A stretch of DNA of 64,000 nt from Promethearchaeia archaeon (GTDB taxonomy: Archaea > Asgardarchaeota > Lokiarchaeia > Sigyniarchaeales > SOKP01), in the NCBI GenBank assembly GCA_046483985.1, contig JAWOCD010000040.1:1-64000 (forward strand), in the 5' to 3' direction. Below are positions 50,375 to 59,671 of this stretch, piece after piece. The first letter of the stretch is position 1; each line of letters starts with the position of its first letter. A program made the translations under genes and the position numbers. The notes beneath the pieces were generated by a model. It did no database searches and was not told the DNA's origin. It saw nothing but the letters and a program-made list of their open reading frames with translations.

Positions 50375-51418
50375 TTAGTTCTTAAAAGATGAAATTACAT
50401 CGGAAGTCCTTGTTAAGAGTTCAAATGCCATGGTGGGACGTTCCCAGCTTGAAAGACCACAATCAGGCCCTACATATTGTAATCTATCCCCATAATGTGA
50501 AAGGGCAAATTCTAAATTTTTTTTAATTTGTTCCCGTGAATCAATTAAAGATCTTAAGCCCTTTGTCGTTTTTAATGTATCCCAATCTTCGCCTTGATCA
50601 ATTTTTTCCGCGATAATTCCATCGATATTTGTTCTGGTGATCCCGACTCGTATGAATTTATCAGCCTCGACGAGTTCTTGTTTTGGTATGACATTTGATG
50701 AATCCGATGCAAATTCGCATGTTAAAATATCGATATTTTTTGTCTGATAGATCAGATCTGCTCGATTAAGAGTATGAAGATGAATTTGGACATCCGCATC
50801 CACCCCTTCCACGCTTTTATCCAAGATTTGGACAATCTCGGCATTGTCTACATTAAAGAGATCCGTGTATCCAAAAGAAGGCTCATCTATAGAAATGGTG
50901 GTTGTTTTTAGATATTCTTTATCAATTAACGAGTTCTGAATAAAATGGTTTACAGACGTGGCGAGGTTCATTGCTAGGTCAGAGTACACGGTAAATTGGT
51001 GTTTTTTTACATAAAGTTCGATAGGACCCGTTACACACACTTTTAGATGAATAGAGTCTCCATGCTTCTCATAATACTCTTGAGCGTATCTATCAATCAC
51101 ATAAACTTCAGGAAGAAGTGCTTTCCTCTCCTCTATAAGATCCGGTTCCACCTCATAATCGGAAAGCGGCTTTAGAAATTGGGTGTGCATATCCAAATGC
51201 TGCGGATAATTTATTACTTCAAGACCCGCATCAAGTTTATACTGAAAACTTTCAAGAACGGGTTCGATAAAATAAGTCTTTATTCCTCGGTGTTTGAAGA
51301 TATCAGCATCATTCACCAAAGATTTGTAAGCCAACCAATAATGCTCGACATATTGGTCTTTATCAATATACTCAGGAAGGGGAAAACTCCCCACATCATC
51401 ATATTTTGGAAACTCCAT
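50375..51418 (-). CDS. Core (folate-independent) methionine synthase, MesC-like
   Basis: Single MetE catalytic-type barrel: DDVGSFPLP, TGP, IDEPS, IHLH, CE, VGPDCGL. Confidence 0.72.
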   Translation of the reverse strand: MEFPKYDDVGSFPLPEYIDKDQYVEHYWLAYKSLVNDADIFKHRGIKTYFIEPVLESFQYKLDAGLEVINYPQHLDMHTQFLKPLSDYEVEPDLIEERKALLPEVYVIDRYAQEYYEKHGDSIHLKVCVTGPIELYVKKHQFTVYSDLAMNLATSVNHFIQNSLIDKEYLKTTTISIDEPSFGYTDLFNVDNAEIVQILDKSVEGVDADVQIHLHTLNRADLIYQTKNIDILTCEFASDSSNVIPKQELVEADKFIRVGITRTNIDGIIAEKIDQGEDWDTLKTTKGLRSLIDSREQIKKNLEFALSHYGDRLQYVGPDCGLSSWERPTMAFELLTRTSDVISSFKN

Positions 51419-51654
51419 ATACTATCAAAAAAAGGTTTCAATCTCAATTAATCTTTTTCTTTAGAGAGGCAGAACGAAATTTATTGTACCCAACAAACTA
51501 ATTTATTTGAATGAATTAGAGAATTACCGTAACTTGGACGAGGCAATAAAGGACTTAAAACCCCAGATAAAAATGATAGATTTAACTAATTTACTCAATC
51601 AAGCAATAGATTAAAAAATTAAGTCAAAATAACTAAAAAAATAAAATATTAAAA

Positions 51655-52436
51655 GTGTGAAAAAAAAATTAAGCAGAAACAAAAAAAGTTGGAGCGAACT
51701 GAATTTAAAGATGCGCGAATGATCACCGTACTATGGGAGACAAAGCCCGAAATTGTCGAACGGGTCTTGTCCCCCTTTGCCGGTCGTCTCTTTACCGGTT
51801 GCATTGGCATTTATCGTGGATTACCCCAGTACCAATCAAGGGCTCCCCTATCATGAAGGAACCTTAATGATCCGCTGTCAATATGACGGAGTGCCCGGAA
51901 ATTATTATTGCTATGCCCGTAACTGACGATAGATCCATGATAGGCGGACGGGAGATCTTCGGCTTTCCGAAAAAAATCGCGAATGTCCACTTGGAAAAGA
52001 ATGAAAAGCAAGTCTATGCATATTCCGAGCGACTTGGGACGAAAAACATTGAAATTAAGGCGGATTTATCGAAGAAGTTTAACGACCCAGAAACGCCACA
52101 AATTATTAAGGAACTCGGCTTGCTCCCCAGCCGTGGGAAGAACACTATAAATTATAATTTCAAATATTTTCCAGCACCCAACAAGGACGGATTTGATTAT
52201 GACCCATGGTTAGTGAGGCAAGAAACGTCCGTCGATCCAAAATCCTTGGACATGGGGGAAGTAGAAATTAGGCTTAATTCTACGAAGCATGATCCCTGGG
52301 CGAAATTGAAGTGGTAAAACCGCTCGGGGCATTATATATGAATACCGATAACACAATGCTCCCCGGCCAAAAAATGGCTGAAGTCGATTCCGAAGAATTT
52401 TTACCCTATTCCTATATCGCATGGGATTGGTATTAA
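51655..52436 (+). pseudogene. Acetoacetate decarboxylase family, about three frameshifts
   Basis: EFKDARMITVLWETKPEIV / AFIVDYP...YHEG / AMPVTDD...GREIFGFPKK / EVVKPLGA...WDWY*. Confidence 0.8.
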
Positions 52437-52446
52437 CCTTCTTAAG

Positions 52447-52517
52447 GCTTTTTCTTTTTATTTTTTTATTTATATTTATTTTTTTCTTTTCCTTTTCTTT
52501 CCTTCCTATTTCTTTTC
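52447..52517 (+). terminator. Long pyrimidine/oligo-T tract between convergent genes
   Basis: About 70 nt almost entirely T/C after the pseudogene stop. Confidence 0.4.
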
Positions 52518-52546
52518 AAATGACCTATAATAAGTTTTCATTAGTT

Positions 52547-54517
52547 TTAATAATATTTTCTCATTAACTTATCAAGTTGTCGTTCGTCAATTTGGAATAG
52601 TTTAAAAAATAGTTGATCTATGGCCCTTTTCAATTCGTCACAACTGAGAGACCCTCCAGTTTTTTCGATTCTTAGACCTTCTTTTAAAATTCCCCTCTTT
52701 TTGAGACTTCTTGCAATCGACTTTAGTTCTTTTTGGAAATCAAGGTTTGCGGAGGATTTTTGATTACTTTGACGAATTAACGTAGGGATTAGTTCAGAAA
52801 ATTTGCGTATTGCATTCATAATTATTAATTGGGTGGAATCTTTTGGTTTTTTCATGAACCTTTTTAATATAAAAGAAGGAATCGGGATGGAAGATTCTAG
52901 TTTGGTCTTGCTCCGTTTAATCTTTACATTTTTGGCCTTGAATAGGAAGCGCAAAATCTTCGAGTTGAGATAGGCAATCAATAGGAAATAGTCAATTTCC
53001 AACTCGGGAAACTTTTTCCAGATAAAATAGGTATCTGACGTAGCATAATATTGTTGGGATGAAAATCCAAATTCATTTGTATCTAAAATATATTTAAAGA
53101 ATATTTTCTTGTGGGAGTCATAATAAGACTCAAGATCAAGTAATTGAGAGGTGTCTTTACTATTTTTAACCCGAACAAATGCACCTCTTCGGGGAAAAAA
53201 AAGGTCTTCGGGATTTTCTTTCGCATTAAGCAGGGTTTTTTTAAGAGTATCCTCATATTGCGTGAGATATTTATGGAGTGTGGGATATTTTTTTTGGATT
53301 TCCCTAGAAAGTTTCTCCCCCGAAATGCCTTTAAATTCATTTTTATTGAAATAGATGGCAAATTTAGGACATTTTGAAGATTGATGCCCATATGAGACAA
53401 TTTCCTTGCTTTTATACAATTTTTTTATCCGCTGTCTTTCCTTTTTATTCAATTTTTCAAAGGAATCTCGGATTTTAATAAAGAATTGTCCATCTTCGAT
53501 TCGAATCTTTTTTCCTTCCTTTAATACAAAAATCTCATCACTAATGAAAATTAATCCATTACGTATCAAGAAAAAGTCTTTAAGATATTTAATTTCTCCA
53601 TCATGTCTACAATAGTTATAGATCTTTTGCACAATATCTTTAACTTTCGATGGATATAACAGGCTCCAACTTTCCGCAGGTTGCAAATCCTTATTTTTTG
53701 TAGCGGAAATATATTGATTGATTGAGGGAAGGTTCTTGTCATTCAAAAGAGAATGAAAAACGGTTTTGGTTGACCTATTGGTTTTGTTAATCGAAATTAT
53801 ATTAATTTTTTTACTCTTCCGAGGAGATTTTTTAACAGATTGCTTTTGAAGAACAAAAATACAGTTATGTTGACCTTGAGCATCTGGAAATATCTGCAAA
53901 TTCGAAAGATCAATATATTGAAGTAATAAACATTTATCAAGAATATGGGGTTTGAGATATTTGATGCCTGTTTTCTTAGATTTAGTAATCCAGTAATTTG
54001 TGGTAATAAAAGAAAGCAAGCCTCCCGGTTTTAGTTTCTCAATAGCCAAATGAATAAAATAATAAAAAATATCCATATTTCCCACAAAATATTTCTCACA
54101 AATCGAAAATTTCTTTTTGTATTCTTGAAATAAGTCAGCATTATAATTTTGGCCAAGATAGGGGGGATTTCCGATGATCATATCATATTTCTCATTAAGA
54201 GGTGCCCCTAAAAAATTCTTGAATTTGAAATGGACTTGGGGAAACTTCTGTCTGAGTTCTTCTTGTAACCGGGAATCCAACTCATAGGCAGTGATATGCT
54301 GAAAATTATTACCAAGTAAATATTTTAGAAATATTCCTCCCCCCGCAGCGGGTTCCAAAATGTGTGCCTCAGATATTTTTCTGGATAAGGGAAAACTTTC
54401 TTTCTCACTTTCATAAAATCCAATGAGGTTTTTTACCATAAATTCAGCAATATAAGCTGGAGTAAAAATTTGACCGATAGATACTTGACTGCGTTTATGT
54501 TGCTCATTAGCACACAT
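52547..54517 (-). CDS. N6-adenine DNA methyltransferase, gamma class (TaqI/Eco57I-like), apparently orphan
   Basis: GQIFTP, LEPAAGGG, IIGNPPY, C-terminal TRD with YLNS; no adjacent nuclease. Confidence 0.88.
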   Translation of the reverse strand: MCANEQHKRSQVSIGQIFTPAYIAEFMVKNLIGFYESEKESFPLSRKISEAHILEPAAGGGIFLKYLLGNNFQHITAYELDSRLQEELRQKFPQVHFKFKNFLGAPLNEKYDMIIGNPPYLGQNYNADLFQEYKKKFSICEKYFVGNMDIFYYFIHLAIEKLKPGGLLSFITTNYWITKSKKTGIKYLKPHILDKCLLLQYIDLSNLQIFPDAQGQHNCIFVLQKQSVKKSPRKSKKINIISINKTNRSTKTVFHSLLNDKNLPSINQYISATKNKDLQPAESWSLLYPSKVKDIVQKIYNYCRHDGEIKYLKDFFLIRNGLIFISDEIFVLKEGKKIRIEDGQFFIKIRDSFEKLNKKERQRIKKLYKSKEIVSYGHQSSKCPKFAIYFNKNEFKGISGEKLSREIQKKYPTLHKYLTQYEDTLKKTLLNAKENPEDLFFPRRGAFVRVKNSKDTSQLLDLESYYDSHKKIFFKYILDTNEFGFSSQQYYATSDTYFIWKKFPELEIDYFLLIAYLNSKILRFLFKAKNVKIKRSKTKLESSIPIPSFILKRFMKKPKDSTQLIIMNAIRKFSELIPTLIRQSNQKSSANLDFQKELKSIARSLKKRGILKEGLRIEKTGGSLSCDELKRAIDQLFFKLFQIDERQLDKLMRKYY

Positions 54518-54562
54518 TAAAAAAGATAATATTTTTGAGGTTAAATAATTTTATAATTAGCC

Positions 54563-57031
54563 TTAGCCGTTATTAATATATTCGGGAATTAACAAGATAA
54601 AGTTACTCCCTTTTGAATAGTCGTTTTTTACTCTATTTTCTACCCGAATATGGCCATTTAATTGATTGACAATCCTCTTCACTAAAGATAGGCCTAAACC
54701 CATTCCCTTTCCCGATTTTTGCTCAAATTTTCTCCTCTGAAATATTTTATCCTTGATCTCATCTTTAATGCCAATTCCATTATCAATAATCTCAATCTGG
54801 ATAAACTGAGTGCTCTCACGAGTTATTTTATGGACTTTTATGTTAATTTCAATTAATTTATTATCATTATGCCTTACAGCATTTATCAGAATATTTTCAA
54901 ACACATCTTGCAACATATTATTGGCCTTAACATATAAATCTTCATGAGAAAAAGAAGTGGTAATCTCTAGATTTTTTGATTTAAAACTTTTTTCGATATA
55001 ATTAATTGCATCAAACAATATATTTCTTAAATCAAATTTTCTTAACTTGATCTTTTCTTCTCTATTAAATTCCGTTAATTTGCGGACATTCGATACTAAT
55101 TTTGTACCCCTAACGATTTGCTCTTTGATTATATCCAAAAATATCGGAATCTTTTTTCTCTTTTCAGGACTTTTCATATAATTTTTACTTAAATCAACTG
55201 AAGTATTAATATTTTGTAAAATATTGCTTATATCGTGGGCAAATAGATCTTTGTATAACTGGGTATGATAATAGGATTCTTGATAACTTTTTTGAATTTT
55301 TCTTAGCTCGGTAATGTTTTTTCCGACTTCAACCGCACCGATCAATTCTCCTACTTCATTTTCAACGGGATAAGCTTTTAATTCCCAATATCGACCGTCA
55401 TAGGTTGTAGTTTCATCCATACACGGTTTTCCGGTATCCACAGCTCTTTCAACGGGACAATTTTCACATGGAGTCGGACGATTATTCCATATTTCATAAC
55501 ATTTTTTACCTTGTAATTCGGCTTTGGTATAATCTACAGAATCAGCTGCCGCAACATTTGTCCAAATAATGTTATGATCCAAGTCTTGGAATGCAATCAG
55601 TTCTGAAATACTCCTTAAGATAATCGACTTATCTCTTTCCGATTCTTTTAACTTCTGTCGAGCTCTCTTTTCAGCCGTTATGTCTAAAACGGAAATAAAG
55701 GTCGCAGGCTCATCTTCATATTGAATCGATTTAGAATAGACTTCCAACCATATTTCTTCCTTATCTTTGCTATAACTCTGAATGGTACAATGGTTTATAA
55801 CATTTGTATTAGAGTTTTGTTCTTTTAGTGTTTTTCCTTCAACAGAATCTCTATATCCTGGAGATGTATTTTCAATTATATCATCTAACGTCCATTTATG
55901 GAGCTTTTCTATATCATAACCCAGAATATCTCCCATTGTTTTATTAACGTATTTTACGTGGTTATCTTGCAAGATAAAGATCCCCATTAAAGAATGTTCG
56001 GTTAGATTTCGAAATTTTATTTCGGACTTTCTCAGCTGTTCGGTTCTCTGTTTAATTTTTTGCTCTAACTCGAGATTAAGGTTCTTAAGTTTTTGTTTAG
56101 ATTTTCTTAATTCCAATTCAATGTCATGTTGCTTTAAGGCATTTCCCACAATATCCGCGGTAATTTTTAGTAAATTTAATGCTGTTTTTTTCCATTTACG
56201 GGAGGAGATGTTATAATCAAATCCAATAAATCCAACCACGTTTTCGCCCTTATATACAGGAAGATACAAGATGGAATCGATATTTTGATGGGAAAATAAC
56301 TCCCTTTCGGCTGATGCTTCAGGCGGTAGATTATTGATGTTGGGATAATTAATAACCTCTCCCTTAGAGATCTTAGTAAAAGTCCATGAATAATCATCCA
56401 TAGGGATTTCTTGGAGGAAAGAGATTTGGGATGATATTCCCTCAGCACACCATTCATGAGTATTACTGAAAGTATTTTTCTCCTCATCCAACTGAAATAA
56501 GTAAGCACGACTCGCGTCTACAAATTTTCCAATCTTTCTCAAGGCAAAATTAATCTTTTCATCGAAATTTTTTAATTCTACAAATTTAGAAGAAATCTCG
56601 GACAAAATACTTTCAAGTTTTAATTTCTGATCCAATTTATGTGTCTTTTTTTTTAGTTCAGAAATGTTATGTAGATACATAATCACATACTTCGGTGGAA
56701 AATAGGTATATATTGCCCTAAAATATAGCCGCTCTTTAGAATCTTTTAGTTTATATTTGATTTTTTTTGAAATTTTTTTCTTTTTCTTATAAGCATTTCC
56801 CAAATCATCCACTATCTCTGGTTGATCTTCATAAAAAGAAGAAGCTGAAACGTCTGAAATGTCTGTGGAATCATATATCATGCCTGCCGAAAATTTATAT
56901 CCCGCTCGATTATATCCTGCCAAAATCAGATTTTGATCTTCTTTTTCCCAGATAAAAAAAGGATCAGGAAGATAATTAATCAATTGGGTGAATTTTTCCG
57001 GAATTTCCTGTTTTTCGTGTGAATGCTCCAA
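54563..57031 (-). CDS. Cytoplasmic PAS/GAF sensor histidine kinase
   Basis: GAF domain, two to three PAS domains, H-box FAHDISN, N-box ENILINA, DNGIGI, GMGLGL. Confidence 0.92.
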   Translation of the reverse strand: MEHSHEKQEIPEKFTQLINYLPDPFFIWEKEDQNLILAGYNRAGYKFSAGMIYDSTDISDVSASSFYEDQPEIVDDLGNAYKKKKKISKKIKYKLKDSKERLYFRAIYTYFPPKYVIMYLHNISELKKKTHKLDQKLKLESILSEISSKFVELKNFDEKINFALRKIGKFVDASRAYLFQLDEEKNTFSNTHEWCAEGISSQISFLQEIPMDDYSWTFTKISKGEVINYPNINNLPPEASAERELFSHQNIDSILYLPVYKGENVVGFIGFDYNISSRKWKKTALNLLKITADIVGNALKQHDIELELRKSKQKLKNLNLELEQKIKQRTEQLRKSEIKFRNLTEHSLMGIFILQDNHVKYVNKTMGDILGYDIEKLHKWTLDDIIENTSPGYRDSVEGKTLKEQNSNTNVINHCTIQSYSKDKEEIWLEVYSKSIQYEDEPATFISVLDITAEKRARQKLKESERDKSIILRSISELIAFQDLDHNIIWTNVAAADSVDYTKAELQGKKCYEIWNNRPTPCENCPVERAVDTGKPCMDETTTYDGRYWELKAYPVENEVGELIGAVEVGKNITELRKIQKSYQESYYHTQLYKDLFAHDISNILQNINTSVDLSKNYMKSPEKRKKIPIFLDIIKEQIVRGTKLVSNVRKLTEFNREEKIKLRKFDLRNILFDAINYIEKSFKSKNLEITTSFSHEDLYVKANNMLQDVFENILINAVRHNDNKLIEINIKVHKITRESTQFIQIEIIDNGIGIKDEIKDKIFQRRKFEQKSGKGMGLGLSLVKRIVNQLNGHIRVENRVKNDYSKGSNFILLIPEYINNG

Positions 57032-57149
57032 GAAACCACAAAATTTTGGTTAAATGAATAGGGATTAGAAAAATATATCAAATATATATTATATATGTTA
57101 AAGAATTTCTTTTTATATTTTTGTTTAATTTGTTTACAAAAAATTAAAT

Positions 57150-57363
57150 CCATCCCCAAAACGTTAGGGCTAAGTTGGATCCTTCTTTCTCCCTCAATAT
57201 TCGTTCTTGCTGGTTAAAAATGGCTTCTTTACGGTTATCATCAATTCCTTTTATATTGTCTCGAATTTCAATTCTTGCATACCCTTCCTCATCTTTCGTT
57301 ACTTCTGTGATTTTTATGAAAGTTTTGGCTTTTTAATGTTTGTTAAGCAATTTTTTTGCCCAT
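57150..57363 (-). pseudogene. Histidine kinase HATPase_c fragment
   Basis: IKITEVTKDEEGYARIEIRDNIKGIDDNRKEAIF...EGSNLAL, with degenerate G1/G2 boxes. Confidence 0.6.
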
Positions 57364-57551
57364 TTTAATTGATCTTGGATGGTGCTCAAATTAGATCTTA
57401 CATTTTTATCTTTTTATGACTCAGAAAGCAGCATAAAGATTATATCGAGAGGAAATTGAATGATTTGGGAAATATTTCTAATGTCATGATTAAAAAAAGA
57501 AAAGAAAAAAACGTTGGATGCTTTCACCCGTTTAGATCATTTAGTTAAAAT

Positions 57552-58484
57552 TTATTCGCCTTTGATAATTTTCTCTAGATAAGGGAAAAATCTGGTGTAA
57601 TGGACTGCCATGCAATGGATACCGTCAATTAAATCCTTGCTTTTGAGCTCTGTAATAAATGGTTTAAAGTGCTTATAGTTCAGTTCGTCGTACATCTCCC
57701 TCTTCTTCTCTTTATTGGGGGCATTTTTCTTTACGTCTTTCCAACTCGCAAGGACCTCTTTTGGAACATCTACTCCAGGCACAAACATATCAAAACCTTT
57801 TGCAATACCATAAGATTTCATCGGAAAAATTCCAAGCATTATCGGCACATCATATTTTTTAATTTCTTTTAAAAATTCGATGGTTTTGTCGATATCATAG
57901 ACAACTTGTGTTTGAAAGAATTCTGCTCCTGCTTTTGCCTTTCTCTTGATTTTAAGCACTTCAGACATCATCGGATCTGCATTTGGATTCGCAGCCGCAC
58001 CAACATGAAGAGTGGGTGGATGTTCGATTTCTTCTCCATTTATCTTCCCAGTATCAACCATTTCTCTTACCATCTGAACAAGAGTAGCGGAATCTAAATC
58101 AAATACGGGTTTACATTCCGGCATATCTCCCATTGCAGGATGATCTCCGGTAAGTGACAGTACATTCCGAATTCCTAATGCATGTGCTCCCATAATCATT
58201 CCAGCAATGCCTAATCTATTACAATCTCGTACAGTTAATTGCCATACACATTCCAAACCCGTCTCATCTTGGATAATTTTTGTAGCTGCCATCGAATTAA
58301 TGGTGACAATGCCCAGCGGACTGTCGGTGACGTTCGCGGCAGTCACATATGGAGCCATTTCCTTTGCCTCTTCTACTGTATGGGAAAGATCGCATGTTTT
58401 CTCAGGTTCAAGTTCTCCAGTTAACACAAAATCTCCACTAGCTAATTTTTCTCCTAATTTTGAATATATTTTCTTATCTGACAT
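57552..58484 (-). CDS. metF: Methylenetetrahydrofolate reductase
   Basis: Motifs ELEP, ANVTD, RDCNR, LTGDHP, GAEFFQTQ. Confidence 0.92.
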   Translation of the reverse strand: MSDKKIYSKLGEKLASGDFVLTGELEPEKTCDLSHTVEEAKEMAPYVTAANVTDSPLGIVTINSMAATKIIQDETGLECVWQLTVRDCNRLGIAGMIMGAHALGIRNVLSLTGDHPAMGDMPECKPVFDLDSATLVQMVREMVDTGKINGEEIEHPPTLHVGAAANPNADPMMSEVLKIKRKAKAGAEFFQTQVVYDIDKTIEFLKEIKKYDVPIMLGIFPMKSYGIAKGFDMFVPGVDVPKEVLASWKDVKKNAPNKEKKREMYDELNYKHFKPFITELKSKDLIDGIHCMAVHYTRFFPYLEKIIKGE

Positions 58485-58499
58485 TTGTCTAATTCACCT

Positions 58500-59180
58500 C
58501 TATCTAAATACAACCTCTTGCTGGTGCCCAGTATCTGACCAGTCTCGAGGTTCTCGTAGTTTTTCGAATAAATCTAACCTTCCTAAGGCTTTTAACCGCT
58601 CGAAAATTAGGACCCAGCCGCAATCTCGTTCGTAATCGTCCACTTCACACTTTCCTTCCACCATACCGCCGCATGGACCATTCATAAGTCCTTTTGCGCA
58701 CGTAGTAATAGGGCAGATGCCTCCCGTATAATTTAACAAACAGTCTCCGCAAGCTCCACACCGTTTATAAAAACGTCCGATTCGCTTAGTTTCCCCAATA
58801 AATTCTGTGTTATTGGTAATCAATACGGGAACATCAGCATAATCGGAATGTCTCTTCTGAAGCACATGGGTAATACTGGCAACCCCCAATCCGCAACTTA
58901 ACGTAAGAACCGCATCCATCTCAGGTAATATATCTCTGACCTTTCGAAGGTCTTTCATCATCACCCGATTGTCACAAACATCTTCGGCAACGATGGTGGT
59001 TAATACTTCATAGCCTTTTTCAGTGAGTTTTTCCTCCCACTCTTCAGCACCTTCGGTACCGCCAGTCTGGCAGAGTGCGGCACAAGTCCCGCAACTGACC
59101 AACAAAATCTTTTCTACGCCAAAATCTTCTAGCGCTTCAAAAACCTCTTCTTTAGGTTTTTTCGTGGTAATAACTACCAT
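58500..59180 (-). CDS. metV: MTHFR accessory Fe-S subunit MetV
   Basis: Motifs CGTCAALCQTGG, CGLG, CGACGDC, CPITTCAKGLMNGPCGG, CGW. Confidence 0.9.
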   Translation of the reverse strand: MVVITTKKPKEEVFEALEDFGVEKILLVSCGTCAALCQTGGTEGAEEWEEKLTEKGYEVLTTIVAEDVCDNRVMMKDLRKVRDILPEMDAVLTLSCGLGVASITHVLQKRHSDYADVPVLITNNTEFIGETKRIGRFYKRCGACGDCLLNYTGGICPITTCAKGLMNGPCGGMVEGKCEVDDYERDCGWVLIFERLKALGRLDLFEKLREPRDWSDTGHQQEVVFR

Positions 59181-59671
59181 TTTTATTATACCTCTTTAAG
59201 TTATTTAATTATTTATGATAACATTTATTTTGTAGTTAGGAAAATTAATGAGAGAAATTAAGGTTAATCCTTACATATCATAAGTGAAATTATAGTAGAG
59301 CGATCTTGTCATCGTGAACATTTTCGCTTTTCAGATATACTTTCTCTTGATTATTGACGAAAATGATAGTTTGAGAGGCTTTTTTATGTCATTTTCAACA
59401 AAAGCATAAATCGAATATGAAAAGTTATAATATTTTTTGAATTGAAGAAAAATTTGGGTATTGTTCAATCAGATCAAAATAAAGACGAATAGGAATTAAT
59501 GATTGATGAATAATTAATAAAAAATTCAATACTCCTAAAAAGCTAGATTGAGATTTATAGATTCAAATCGATAATTTTAAATCCTAATGTCTATTATTTC
59601 TATGTGAGTCTTAATAATAAAACGATAAAGGAATACACAAAGAATTGGTGATTTAAATAGCTGTAACTTAC

